NCBI GenBank assembly: GCA_964650185.1
Contig: CAZYRN010000006.1
Coordinates: forward strand, 168 to 64,167
DNA: 64,000 bases
Direction of reading: 5' to 3'
Source: an uncultured Pseudomonadales bacterium
Lineage (GTDB): Bacteria > Patescibacteriota > Microgenomatia > UBA1400 > PJMF01
This document shows, piece after piece, positions 1-9,258 of the stretch. Below the pieces are notes generated by a model that made no database searches, was not told the DNA's origin, and saw only the letters and a program-made list of their open reading frames with translations. The position numbers and the translations under genes are program-made. Position 1 is the first letter of the stretch. Each line of letters begins with the position of its first letter.

Positions 1-251
1 TTGGTAAATTTGACTTCCAGTTTTTGAAAATTGGTCAGCTCATCATGATAGGTAATTAAGCCGGCTTCCTGAATGGAGATCACCTCACCCTCAACCATTT
101 GGGTGGTGGCTTCTTCTTGGTCAGCTGCTTGCACTTCTGTCACAAAGCACTCGGTCAGTAGTGGGTGAAAAGAGATGAAGACGCCAATTGCCAATCCAGT
201 CAGACTTTTTGCCAATCCCCATCGTCTTTTTACGCAGAATTTAAGCCTCAT
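1..251 (-). CDS. 5' part of an exported/membrane protein, possibly YibE/F family (runs off window start)
   Basis: Manual translation from ATG at 251: MRLKFCVKRRWGLAKSLTGLAIGVF...VEGEVISIQE...FQKLEVKFT, open to the window edge and directly downstream of the 256..1482 gene. The family guess rests on N-terminal resemblance only. Confidence 0.45.
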   Translation of the reverse strand, partial: MRLKFCVKRRWGLAKSLTGLAIGVFISFHPLLTECFVTEVQAADQEEATTQMVEGEVISIQEAGLITYHDELTNFQKLEVKFT

Positions 252-255
252 TTTA

Positions 256-1482
256 TTATCCTAACATGAGTAATTCAGGTTTAAAAATGAGCAGCAACCC
301 AACTGTTAACAATAATATGCCACCGATCCAATGTGAGTAGCGCGAAAATTTTCCATCCAAGCCAATCGCCTTCAAGGTGGTCATGGCAATAAAGAAAACG
401 GCTAGATCATCAATCATGAAAATGAGAATGTAGAGACCTAGGTAAGCATAGCGTTGCCAGCCAGGCAAATTGCTCATGGCTAGGACTTGAGTATAAACTG
501 CTGGCAACCCGGCCGAGCAGGCCAACTCCACGACATTAACTGCCACTGCTAAAGCCATAATGCCAAGCGCTGCCAAAATTATACTTTTTTGTAATGTGAA
601 CACCTTTAATTTTTCAAAGACGAGCCGGCGCTTTTGATTTTGCGATACTTTGCAGGCACCAGTTGGATTGCTGATGGCTTCTTTTATGTAATAACCGCCA
701 GCTACTAAAGATACCAGTCCAATTACTACCTTTATCCAGCGTAGATAGCTAAAGTAGGTGAAGAAATTAAACCAGGCTGCTAAAAAGAGAAAGTAAACCC
801 CAGCTGAGGTTATCACAAACAAACTTCCCAAGAGCCACATTCGTTTTTTATCTTTCATGTTCAGCAAGAGGCTAATTAAGAAGATCAGTGTCCACATGGC
901 GCAAGGATTAAAGCCATCGATAAGCGCTACTAAAATTGTAAAAAGGGGCAGTGACAAGTTGTTAGCTGATATTTCTCCAAAAATAGGCAGAGTGACTTGG
1001 CCGGGTTCACTTTCATTAATTGAAGTAGTAGCTTCAGCCGGCAGTGAGACATCGAGCTGTTGTGCCACTTCTCGTCTGAGTGCGGCACCGGTGGTTTCAT
1101 CTGAGCTATAGCCAACTAAATATTTGTTGCCAATCACTGTAAAAGGTACGCCTTGGACTTGAACGCCGAGCTCCTCAGCTGTGTCTTCCATTAGATTTTG
1201 ACCTTCAGCATTATAGAAAACTTCGTAGGCTTCAATGTTTAGCTGAGGAAATTCGTTTTGGATTTTTTCTAAAAATAATGCCTCTTGGTGACAGTGTGGG
1301 CAGCCTTCACCCCAGAAAAATTTTAAGGTGACTGGATTGTCGAGAACTTCTGAATTAGTGGCTGAGTTTGAGCTAGTGGCAGTTTCTTGTTCAATCTCAG
1401 CCGCTGAGACTAGACTGCTACTGCCAAAAAAGGCTACCAGGATCAGCACTAACAATGGAATAATAAATCGGCGCCAATTCAT
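256..1482 (-). CDS. Glutaredoxin/thioredoxin-fold domain fused to a cytochrome-c-biogenesis (CcdA/DsbD-like) TM domain
   Basis: Signal peptide, CPHC redox motif and GVP motif, then about 6 TM helices with DGFNPCA and ELACSAG cysteine motifs. Confidence 0.8.
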   Translation of the reverse strand: MNWRRFIIPLLVLILVAFFGSSSLVSAAEIEQETATSSNSATNSEVLDNPVTLKFFWGEGCPHCHQEALFLEKIQNEFPQLNIEAYEVFYNAEGQNLMEDTAEELGVQVQGVPFTVIGNKYLVGYSSDETTGAALRREVAQQLDVSLPAEATTSINESEPGQVTLPIFGEISANNLSLPLFTILVALIDGFNPCAMWTLIFLISLLLNMKDKKRMWLLGSLFVITSAGVYFLFLAAWFNFFTYFSYLRWIKVVIGLVSLVAGGYYIKEAISNPTGACKVSQNQKRRLVFEKLKVFTLQKSIILAALGIMALAVAVNVVELACSAGLPAVYTQVLAMSNLPGWQRYAYLGLYILIFMIDDLAVFFIAMTTLKAIGLDGKFSRYSHWIGGILLLTVGLLLIFKPELLMLG

Positions 1483-1501
1483 GAGAAGTTTGTTTTCTTA
1501 A

Positions 1502-2959
1502 CTAATCTGTTTTCAGTTGGTAAATTTTTTGCTCTCCCTGATCATAATACACCTCGTAATTAGGATCACCAGCTAATTTGCTCACTAAGCCGGGAAAATC
1601 TTTAATGCCGAGGAAATTATTTGGTTCTTGACCATCTCTGGTATCAATCACGATGTAATCAGGGGCAAATTTTTGGTAATTATCCCGCAAAATATAGACT
1701 TGGCGATGAGCAAGTTTGCCAGCTAAGTTGTGTTGAGCCATCACCACTCCCTCAGCAGGGACTTCAGCTAAGAGTCGGTCAAGAAAAACGAAATTTTGGG
1801 TGTGTTGATAAAAAGCTGGATTGACAGCTAGTAAGGCGGGAGAATGAAACACAAATAAACTTAAGCCCAATGAGCAAGCGCTCACACCCAGTGGTATCAG
1901 GTTGATCAGTTGAGGCTTGGTGAATTTAATTTTAGCCAAAACTGGAGTTAACCAGGATTTAAGTCGGCGCCAGCCGATCATGCTGGACAGAATTAAAGTC
2001 GGCGCAATCTCGGCATTGTAATGCATACCCAAATCGGAGCGGCTGCCTTCACTGATAAATCTGCTGGCCCAGTTAGCTAGCACTGGCGGTAAAATATCTG
2101 GCGCAAAAATCGGCAGAAAACCATAACTTAACAGTGTCTGCCAAATTGTTTTTAATTTAAAGGGATTAATCAGTTCAGACCAGCTGAAATTTGATGATGC
2201 TTCTGCTAAGTAGCGATAATCCAGGCCGCTGATACTAGGCATGACAAATTTAATGATAATTACGCCATAGATCAGAGAAATTAAGGTGGTGATTATGCCT
2301 AGCAGCCGCCATTGGTGAGCATGTTCGTTAGCGGCACACCAATTTTTGACTGTTAAATAGAGTCCAAAAAATGCCGGAATGATGAAAGTCGTCTCTTTAG
2401 TCAATAAAATTGCCACCCAACTGACTAGATATAGCCACTTCTTTTTGGTTACTAAACCGTAGAAAAAAATGCTCAGCGGCAACGGTAATAAAGTGATGGC
2501 ATGAAATTCAGTGATCAGCGCATTATGCAGTCCCACAAACGAAAAATAGATGATGAGCATAGCTAATGACTCAAGCCTATTTTTGAGGATTTTTTGACTA
2601 GTTAAGTAGACAAAAATCCCACTTAATGTGACTGCCAATGCCTGTACTACCAGCAATACTTCTGGTTTGGGAATTAACATCACCAGTGGACTGATGATAA
2701 AAATCAGTGGATGAAAATGGTCTCCTAAAATATTCTTTCCTTGAAAGACAAAGTGATCAATAATGGGAGGCTTGCCTTGAGAAACAGCGCTAATAGCTTG
2801 GTAAAAAATGCCAAAATCATAATACCAAGTTGAGTACTGCCAAAAGCGGTGTAGTGACACAATGGTAAAAATGGTCATAAAAATGACGCTTAGGGAAATG
2901 ACCGCGACCAGGTCAAGCCGCATTGTTTTAAATTTTGCTAGGAAAGGTTGGGAAATCAT
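1502..2959 (-). CDS. DUF2079-family multi-TM protein (GT-C glycosyltransferase-like)
   Basis: YDFGIFYQ, GDHFHP, EFH, KE and HY motifs plus many TM helices. Confidence 0.75.
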   Translation of the reverse strand: MISQPFLAKFKTMRLDLVAVISLSVIFMTIFTIVSLHRFWQYSTWYYDFGIFYQAISAVSQGKPPIIDHFVFQGKNILGDHFHPLIFIISPLVMLIPKPEVLLVVQALAVTLSGIFVYLTSQKILKNRLESLAMLIIYFSFVGLHNALITEFHAITLLPLPLSIFFYGLVTKKKWLYLVSWVAILLTKETTFIIPAFFGLYLTVKNWCAANEHAHQWRLLGIITTLISLIYGVIIIKFVMPSISGLDYRYLAEASSNFSWSELINPFKLKTIWQTLLSYGFLPIFAPDILPPVLANWASRFISEGSRSDLGMHYNAEIAPTLILSSMIGWRRLKSWLTPVLAKIKFTKPQLINLIPLGVSACSLGLSLFVFHSPALLAVNPAFYQHTQNFVFLDRLLAEVPAEGVVMAQHNLAGKLAHRQVYILRDNYQKFAPDYIVIDTRDGQEPNNFLGIKDFPGLVSKLAGDPNYEVYYDQGEQKIYQLKTD

Positions 2960-3027
2960 GTCTGCTCTACATTGTAATACAGATTGCTTTGCTAGCTGAG
3001 AACAAGATTTAGCTTTACAATAGCGCT

Positions 3028-4077
3028 ATGAATCGGGATTTGCGACTAATATTGATGGGAGTGGGATTAGTAGCGATGGCAGCGGTCAGCTGGCTACTGG
3101 GCAGAGCCATTTATTTTTACACTCAAGGCAACATGCTGGCCATGCTTGATGCTGAGCCAACTTCTATTTTATCAATTACCCAGCCCATGGAGAGTGCCGG
3201 TGAAAAGGATGAGCCAGATTTGCTGGTTCAACAGCCGATCAAACTACTTTTTGGCGGTGATTTGATGTTTGACCGCAATATTAGAGCAGCGATGACCCGA
3301 GATGGAGTCGATCAACCACTGCGTGAGCTGACGAAGTTGTTTAACCAGTATGATGCGGTGATTGCTAATCTGGAAGGTCCGATCACAATCAATCCTTCGC
3401 GTAGTTTAGGTTCAGTACCAGGCAGTACTGATAATTTTTTCTTTACTTTTGAACCAGAAATTGTGCCAATGCTGGCTGCGAATAATTTGCGGATACTTAA
3501 CTTAGGCAATAATCACATCACCAATTTTGGTCATGACGGGGTTGAGCAGACTAAAACTGCTTTAGCTAAGGATGGTTTGAGCTACTTTGGCTTCACCAGT
3601 TTAGAAGTTGAACCGGCGGAGAGGGTTCATTATCAGCAGTTTGGTCAGCACCAGCTGGCTTTTGTCGGTTACAACCAGTTTGCGGTGGGTGGTTTTGAAG
3701 CGGCGTTGGCGGATATTGCAGCGGCAACTGTAGCAGCGGAGCTGGTTGTGGTGATGCCTCATTGGGGTAACGAATATGTACCCGAGGCTGGGGCGGTGAT
3801 CCAAGAACAAGCGCATCAATTCATTGACGCTGGCGCAGATTTAATTATCGGTGGACATCCTCACGTCGTGCAGCAGCAAGAATTGTATCGAGGTAAAAAG
3901 ATCTATTATTCGCTGGGAAACTTTGTTTTTGATCAATATTTTAGTCCAGAAACGCAAACTGGGTTGTTGGTGGGTGTGGAGATTGCGCCAGATGGACATC
4001 TAATTTTTACAGAGATGTCGATTATGATGCTAGAAGACGGCCGGACGGTGTTGAGAGAAGCAGAGACAGCAATTTAA
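3028..4077 (+). CDS. CapA-family metallophosphoesterase
   Basis: GGDLM, NLEGP, LGNNH, HWGNEY, GGHPHVVQ and YSLGNF motifs; N-terminal TM anchor. Confidence 0.9.
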   Translation: MNRDLRLILMGVGLVAMAAVSWLLGRAIYFYTQGNMLAMLDAEPTSILSITQPMESAGEKDEPDLLVQQPIKLLFGGDLMFDRNIRAAMTRDGVDQPLRELTKLFNQYDAVIANLEGPITINPSRSLGSVPGSTDNFFFTFEPEIVPMLAANNLRILNLGNNHITNFGHDGVEQTKTALAKDGLSYFGFTSLEVEPAERVHYQQFGQHQLAFVGYNQFAVGGFEAALADIAAATVAAELVVVMPHWGNEYVPEAGAVIQEQAHQFIDAGADLIIGGHPHVVQQQELYRGKKIYYSLGNFVFDQYFSPETQTGLLVGVEIAPDGHLIFTEMSIMMLEDGRTVLREAETAI

Positions 4078-4168
4078 TTTAAGCTCGAAGCTTTATTTAA
4101 GGCAAAATTTCTCCTAACAAGTCTTTTATTGTTAATAGCAAGCAATTTTTAGTATAATACCGGCCCTT

Positions 4169-4924
4169 ATGAAAGCGCCTAAAGAGAATATTATTATCAT
4201 TTCTGATGTAGACGACGTGTTGGTAGACAGTCTTCGAGCTCATCATGCTGCTGCTGAAAGACAAGCTCAGGATCGTGGGTGGGAAGTGCCTGGGATTAAG
4301 TTGTTTTGCCAAGCAGGGGGAACGGTAATTTTAGAAAACTTGCCTGGATTTCTTGAGTATCATCAGCAAAATTTACTCTCGCCCGAGTTTAATACCAGTT
4401 TGGAACCATTAGCTGATGCACTCAGTGCTAGAGATTTTTTAGCAGCCACCTTAGCTTTGTACTTAACTGCACGACCAAATTCACTCAATGAGGTTACTAG
4501 AAAACATTTAATTGGATTGGGTTTTCCAGATAGACCAGTAATTGGGCGGCCAGATTCAGTTTCAATGGAAAATACTGCCCCTTGGAAATATGCTGAACTT
4601 GCAGCCATAGCTGAAGGCTTAAATCGTCATAACGGGCCAGACAGGCAAGGGTTAACAAGAATTATATTTGTGGACGATAGTTATAAAACTGTTCAATTTG
4701 TAAATGACAAGGGGCACCCGCTTATTAATGCTTACACGTATGAAGGCTTGGGAACTCCTCAACATGGTGAAAGAGGTGTTTACCCCATTAACTGGCAACA
4801 AATCATGATGAGATATAAAGGTCAGTTAAAAGCGGTCATTACAGGTCATTACCCGTCAGTGATGCACCACCTCACTCCGTTCCAAAGTAACGGTCACCAT
4901 AATCGCCCAAGCCAGGCACGATAA
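4169..4924 (+). CDS. HAD-superfamily hydrolase (nucleotidase-like)
   Basis: Motif I DVDDVL, motif II LTAR, Lys and motif IV FVDDS. Confidence 0.65.
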   Translation: MKAPKENIIIISDVDDVLVDSLRAHHAAAERQAQDRGWEVPGIKLFCQAGGTVILENLPGFLEYHQQNLLSPEFNTSLEPLADALSARDFLAATLALYLTARPNSLNEVTRKHLIGLGFPDRPVIGRPDSVSMENTAPWKYAELAAIAEGLNRHNGPDRQGLTRIIFVDDSYKTVQFVNDKGHPLINAYTYEGLGTPQHGERGVYPINWQQIMMRYKGQLKAVITGHYPSVMHHLTPFQSNGHHNRPSQAR

Positions 4925-5498
4925 AGGCGGCGTCATTGAGATGATCATCAATCGCACCTACAAAAATTTTCACATCGGGAAACTCGCTCTTAATCGCCTT
5001 AATTCCCTCTGGTGCTGCCAGCACTGACACCACCCTCATCTCCTGCGGTTTTTCTGGGGCAATTTTTCTCAGCAGTTGAGCAATGGAGCCGCCTGTCGCC
5101 AACATGGGATCAGTGACAATCACCACTGAATTGTGATGAATGACTGGCATTTTCCAGTAGTATTCAGATGCCACGGCTGTTTCTTCATCTCTTTCCATAC
5201 CGACAAAGCCAATTTTAGATTTAGGCAGTAAGTGCATGGCACCGAATAACATGGCAATGCCTGAACGCAATACCGGCACAATAATGACCTCATTGGCCAG
5301 TTTTTGTGCCTCAACTTTGGCCAGCGGCGTCTCAATTTCAACAGTTTTCAACTCCATGCCGCGAATCGCTTCGGTAAAGAGATAATGACAAATTTTATCG
5401 GAGTGGTGGCGAAATTTTTGAATGCCGGTGGCTTTGTTGCGCAGGTGTGCCAGTGAGTCCGTCACAAAGGGATGTTGAACTAGTATTGCGTCATTCAT
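4872..5498 (-). CDS. upp: Uracil phosphoribosyltransferase
   Basis: VPVLRSG, RDEET, DPMLATGGS and IVPGLGDYGDRYFGT motifs. Confidence 0.97.
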   Translation of the reverse strand: MNDAILVQHPFVTDSLAHLRNKATGIQKFRHHSDKICHYLFTEAIRGMELKTVEIETPLAKVEAQKLANEVIIVPVLRSGIAMLFGAMHLLPKSKIGFVGMERDEETAVASEYYWKMPVIHHNSVVIVTDPMLATGGSIAQLLRKIAPEKPQEMRVVSVLAAPEGIKAIKSEFPDVKIFVGAIDDHLNDAAFIVPGLGDYGDRYFGTE

Positions 5499-5555
5499 AG
5501 CTTGCTCCTACAATTACAGCACCACTTAAGTAGCACTCTTTTACAGAAAGATCCA

Positions 5556-6275
5556 ATGCCATACTATCCCATTCATGAAACCGAAAACAAGCAAGTCGTG
5601 ATTTCTTTAGGCGGTTCGCTGATTGTGCCTGATGAGGTTAACACGCAATATTTGGCCGAATTCCGCCAATTTATTTTGGAACAGTTGGAGAAAGGTTGGC
5701 GGTTTATTATTACCACGGGCGGTGGGGCGCCTGCCCGGACTTACCCCCAAGCTGCTCGTGAGATCATGGGCGGAACTATTACTCGTGATGACCAAGATTG
5801 GCTGGGGGTGCATGCGACTAGATTTAACGCTCACTTAATTAGAACTCTATTTAGAGATCAAGCTCAGCCGACCATCATTACTGATCCTGAACAAGATGAG
5901 CTGACTGAGGCGCAAATTATTGTGGTCTCAGGCTGGAAACCGGGCTGGTCGACTGATTATGTGGCCTGCAAAATTGCCCAGCGATTAGACGTCAAATACT
6001 TGATTAATTTATCCAATATTAAACAAGTTTATGATGATGATCCACGCCAAAATCCGGCAGCAAAACCGATTGACCAGATGAACTGGCATGATTTTCGAGC
6101 AATGGTTGGTGATGAGTGGACTCCTGGTATGAACTCTCCCTTTGATCCCATTGCGGCTCAACTAGCTGAAAGTGAAGATCAGACGGTAATTGTTTTGGAA
6201 GGCACTAATCTGGAAAATCTGAAGTCTGCTTTAGAAACTGGCCAGTTTGTCGGCACGGTGCTGGCCAACAGCTAA
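5556..6275 (+). CDS. pyrH: UMP kinase (archaeal-type)
   Basis: ISLGGS, GGGAPAR, DWLGVHAT, PGWSTD, YDDDP and FDPIAA motifs; start moved to ATG 5556. Confidence 0.92.
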   Translation: MPYYPIHETENKQVVISLGGSLIVPDEVNTQYLAEFRQFILEQLEKGWRFIITTGGGAPARTYPQAAREIMGGTITRDDQDWLGVHATRFNAHLIRTLFRDQAQPTIITDPEQDELTEAQIIVVSGWKPGWSTDYVACKIAQRLDVKYLINLSNIKQVYDDDPRQNPAAKPIDQMNWHDFRAMVGDEWTPGMNSPFDPIAAQLAESEDQTVIVLEGTNLENLKSALETGQFVGTVLANS

Positions 6276-6340
6276 GTTTTCAGCTCAGCCTCAGTCTCAG
6301 CCTCAAGCACCGGCCTCAGCTCCAGCTGAGTTTTCTCCCG

Positions 6341-6670
6341 CTACTTCTTGGGCTCAGTCTGCCGGCGCTCAATTTTCTTAAGTGAGTACATCAGCCGTTC
6401 ATCTAAGTCTATTTTCTTAATGCGGGCTAAGCGCAAAATTGTCAGCAAAATATCGCCCAGCTCTTGTTCATAAGTTTCGTCAGCTTGGGCGGCCAAATTA
6501 GTACCTTTTCGGCCATGTTCTGCCAGATAAGCCCGCGCCATCTCACCGACTTCTTCCACCAAAGACAAAATCATGATGGAGCCAAACTCTTTGGAGTCAC
6601 GTTTGCCTTTATCCACTTTGCTGAGATATTTAAAATACTTGCCGAAGGGGGTGCTAAAATTGTCACTCAT
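6341..6670 (-). CDS. MazG-like nucleoside-triphosphate pyrophosphohydrolase
   Basis: EEVGEMA...ELGDIL motif; ATG 6670 lies shortly after a TATAAT. Confidence 0.85.
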   Translation of the reverse strand: MSDNFSTPFGKYFKYLSKVDKGKRDSKEFGSIMILSLVEEVGEMARAYLAEHGRKGTNLAAQADETYEQELGDILLTILRLARIKKIDLDERLMYSLKKIERRQTEPKK

Positions 6671-6702
6671 AGTCCTTACATTATAGAGTAAAATAGATCT
6701 AA

Positions 6703-8493
6703 ATGTCACAAATACAACAAGTTAAGGCCGCCGTCGATCTGATTGAGATTATCAGTGAGCGGCTGGATTTGAAACGCTCCGGGCGGAACTGGCGGGGTTT
6801 GTGTCCATTTCACAGTGAAAAAACTCCCTCTTTTTTTGTCAGTGAAGAGATGCAGCGCTACAAATGTTTTGGCTGCGGCGAAGCTGGTGATGTGTTTACT
6901 TTTTTAGAAAAATACGAAGGGATGACTTTTAGTGAAGCCCTCGAGTATTTAGCCGAAAGAGCCGGCATTACTTTGCAGGATTATCGGCCGACAGCTGCTG
7001 ATGCGGAACGAGTCAAACTTTTAGAGATTCTAGATTTAGCTAAAGAGTACTATCATTTCCTGCTGACTGAACACGAAGTGGGCCAGCCGGGACGTGATTA
7101 TATGAAGCAGCGCGGTATTAACCAGGAAACTGCCAAACTCTTTCAACTGGGCTATGCCATGCCGAAGTGGGATGGATTGGTGAAGTATCTGCACTTGAAG
7201 AAAAAGTATGACCAAGAGCTGTTGGTAAGATCTGGTTTGGTCATTAACAGTCGCGGCCGTTATTATGATCGGTTTCGTGGCCGGTTGATGTTTCCGCTGA
7301 AAAATCATCGAGGGCAGGTGGTGGGTTTTTCCGGACGGATTTTAGATAAAGCAGCCAAAGAAGCTAAATATATTAATACACCGGAGACGGAGTTGTATCA
7401 CAAGGCCGAGTTATTATTTGGTTACAGTGAGCTGCTTCAGTTTATTCGCAAGCAAAATAAGGTAGTGGTAGTGGAGGGTGAGCTGGATGTAATCTCTTCG
7501 GCTCAAGCTCATGTTAATAATATTGTGGCGGTGAAGGGCTCGGCTTTTACTGAGCATCACGCACGCTATATTAAACGAGTGGCGGATCAGGTGTTATTTG
7601 CACTAGATATGGATCAAGCTGGGGTGACTGCCACTAAACGGGCTATTCCCATTGCTCAAGCAGCTGGCCTAGAATTGCGGGTAATTACTTTAGGGCAGAT
7701 TGGCGGTGAGGGAGCAAAAGATCCTGATGAGCTGGCCAAAGAAAATCCTAAAGCCTGGCGGGAAGCGACGCGAACTTCAATTTCGGCTTATCAATTTTTG
7801 ATGGATGCAGCTTTAGCAGCCCATGATCCGAGTACGCCGGAAGGTAAGCGGGAAATTATCAAAGAGCTGGCAGAACCTTTGGCGGAAATTGCTCATGAAG
7901 TGGAGAAAGATTTTTATGTCAAACAGCTGGCAAGTCTGCTTAAGGTCAAACCGGCGGTTGTAGAGCAAGATATTTACCAGCATGGTCAAGCGCCAGCTAA
8001 GAAAAAAAGCCGGTCCCGTTCTCAAGAAAATGCGACCGAACCAGAAGATTCTCGTCAAGCCAAGTTGGAGCGTTACAGCTGGTTCTTATTACTGCACAGC
8101 CAGCCCGAGCTGATGAAGGAGCGGTTGAAGAAGTTGAGTCAGTTAGAGTTTTACGATCATCGGTTGGAGCTGATTGCCGCCAAGTTAGCAGCCGTCGTTG
8201 CGCCACCATCACTGGAGGTATGGTCACAGACTTTGCCAGAAGATTTGCAGGAACTTTTGTTAGATTTATATTTACAACCGCAGTATCAGCAGATTAAAGA
8301 TGAAACTGAGATTGATGAAGAGTGGCAGAAAACTTGGCCAACGGTGCAGGCAGCGCAAATTCAACGCCAAATTGCTCAAATTACTGCTGAGTTGGACGCT
8401 TTAGATCAAAAGGATACTAAAACTGAAGCAGAAGAGAAACAAGTTCAAGAGTACTTAGAGAAAATAGTGATGCTACGCGGAAAAATCAAGTAA
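6703..8493 (+). CDS. dnaG: DNA primase
   Basis: CHC2 zinc finger (CPFH...CFGC), DRFRGRLMFP, KYINTPET, TOPRIM VEGELD...DMD and KDPDE. Confidence 0.98.
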   Translation: MSQIQQVKAAVDLIEIISERLDLKRSGRNWRGLCPFHSEKTPSFFVSEEMQRYKCFGCGEAGDVFTFLEKYEGMTFSEALEYLAERAGITLQDYRPTAADAERVKLLEILDLAKEYYHFLLTEHEVGQPGRDYMKQRGINQETAKLFQLGYAMPKWDGLVKYLHLKKKYDQELLVRSGLVINSRGRYYDRFRGRLMFPLKNHRGQVVGFSGRILDKAAKEAKYINTPETELYHKAELLFGYSELLQFIRKQNKVVVVEGELDVISSAQAHVNNIVAVKGSAFTEHHARYIKRVADQVLFALDMDQAGVTATKRAIPIAQAAGLELRVITLGQIGGEGAKDPDELAKENPKAWREATRTSISAYQFLMDAALAAHDPSTPEGKREIIKELAEPLAEIAHEVEKDFYVKQLASLLKVKPAVVEQDIYQHGQAPAKKKSRSRSQENATEPEDSRQAKLERYSWFLLLHSQPELMKERLKKLSQLEFYDHRLELIAAKLAAVVAPPSLEVWSQTLPEDLQELLLDLYLQPQYQQIKDETEIDEEWQKTWPTVQAAQIQRQIAQITAELDALDQKDTKTEAEEKQVQEYLEKIVMLRGKIK

Positions 8494-8524
8494 GTCCTGA
8501 TAGAAATCTTTGCCAAAACTTCCC

Positions 8525-8553
8525 TTGACACATACCCCCTAGGGGTATATATT
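8525..8553 (+). promoter_or_regulatory. sigma70 promoter containing a CsoR-family operator
   Basis: TTGACA(8525-30)-17 nt-TATATT(8548-53). The spacer holds the inverted repeat ATACCCC-CTA-GGGGTAT, a G/C-tract operator typical of CsoR/RcnR proteins. Confidence 0.85.
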
Positions 8554-8560
8554 AAAGTCC

Positions 8561-8803
8561 ATGTCAGATCAAAATGACCAAGTGATTGTCCAGTTAAAAC
8601 GAGTGCGTGGCCAGTTGGATGGCATCTTAAAGATGTATGACAACGGGCGGGCTTGTGTGGACATTGTTCACCAAGTCATTGCCGCCCGTAGCTCACTGGG
8701 GCGGGTGGCGCGTGATCTGCTCACCAATGAAGCGGCTAATTGTACTAAAGAACGCCGGCTGGAAGATTTAGATGATATTCTCAAAGAAGTCTTTCGGTAT
8801 TAA
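8561..8803 (+). CDS. CsoR/RcnR/CstR-family transcriptional repressor
   Basis: LKRVRGQLDGI...C.DI..Q..A signature; two Cys; the copper-ligand His is absent (EAANC). Confidence 0.9.
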   Translation: MSDQNDQVIVQLKRVRGQLDGILKMYDNGRACVDIVHQVIAARSSLGRVARDLLTNEAANCTKERRLEDLDDILKEVFRY

Positions 8804-8855
8804 AGTAACAGGTAGCAACCAAATACAAATTGGTTAACAAAAATTAGGAGACAAT

Positions 8856-9197
8856 ATGTCAGATCAAAATGGAGCTCAGCATATTTCGAACGAAGAGTTC
8901 AAACAACTACTTAGCAATGAAGAGGGTTTGCCAGTTTTGGTAGACTTTTTTGCCGAGTGGTGCGGTCCCTGTAAAATGGCAGCGCCAATTATTGATAAAT
9001 TAGCCGATGAGTATGATGGCAAGATGATCATTGCCAAGCTCAATGTCGATGAGAATAATCAAACCGCCGCTGAAAATGGGGTGATGAGTATTCCGACTGT
9101 CATCATTTACCGTAATGGTGAAGAAGTTAATCGTCAGATTGGCTTCCCTGGTGAAGACGGCTATCGGCGGATGATTGAAGCTAACTTAGAGGCTTAA
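8856..9197 (+). CDS. trxA: Thioredoxin
   Basis: WCGPC and SIPT motifs; SD AGGAG. Confidence 0.97.
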   Translation: MSDQNGAQHISNEEFKQLLSNEEGLPVLVDFFAEWCGPCKMAAPIIDKLADEYDGKMIIAKLNVDENNQTAAENGVMSIPTVIIYRNGEEVNRQIGFPGEDGYRRMIEANLEA

Positions 9198-9258
9198 GTA
9201 GCGACAACTAGCAACAACAAGAAACAACTAGCAATAGCAACTAGAGAAGGAGCGGATA

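Noticed and set aside
3028-4077. Poly-gamma-glutamate capsule locus
   Set aside because: Only a CapA-domain gene is present, without capB/capC; stand-alone CapA proteins are widespread.
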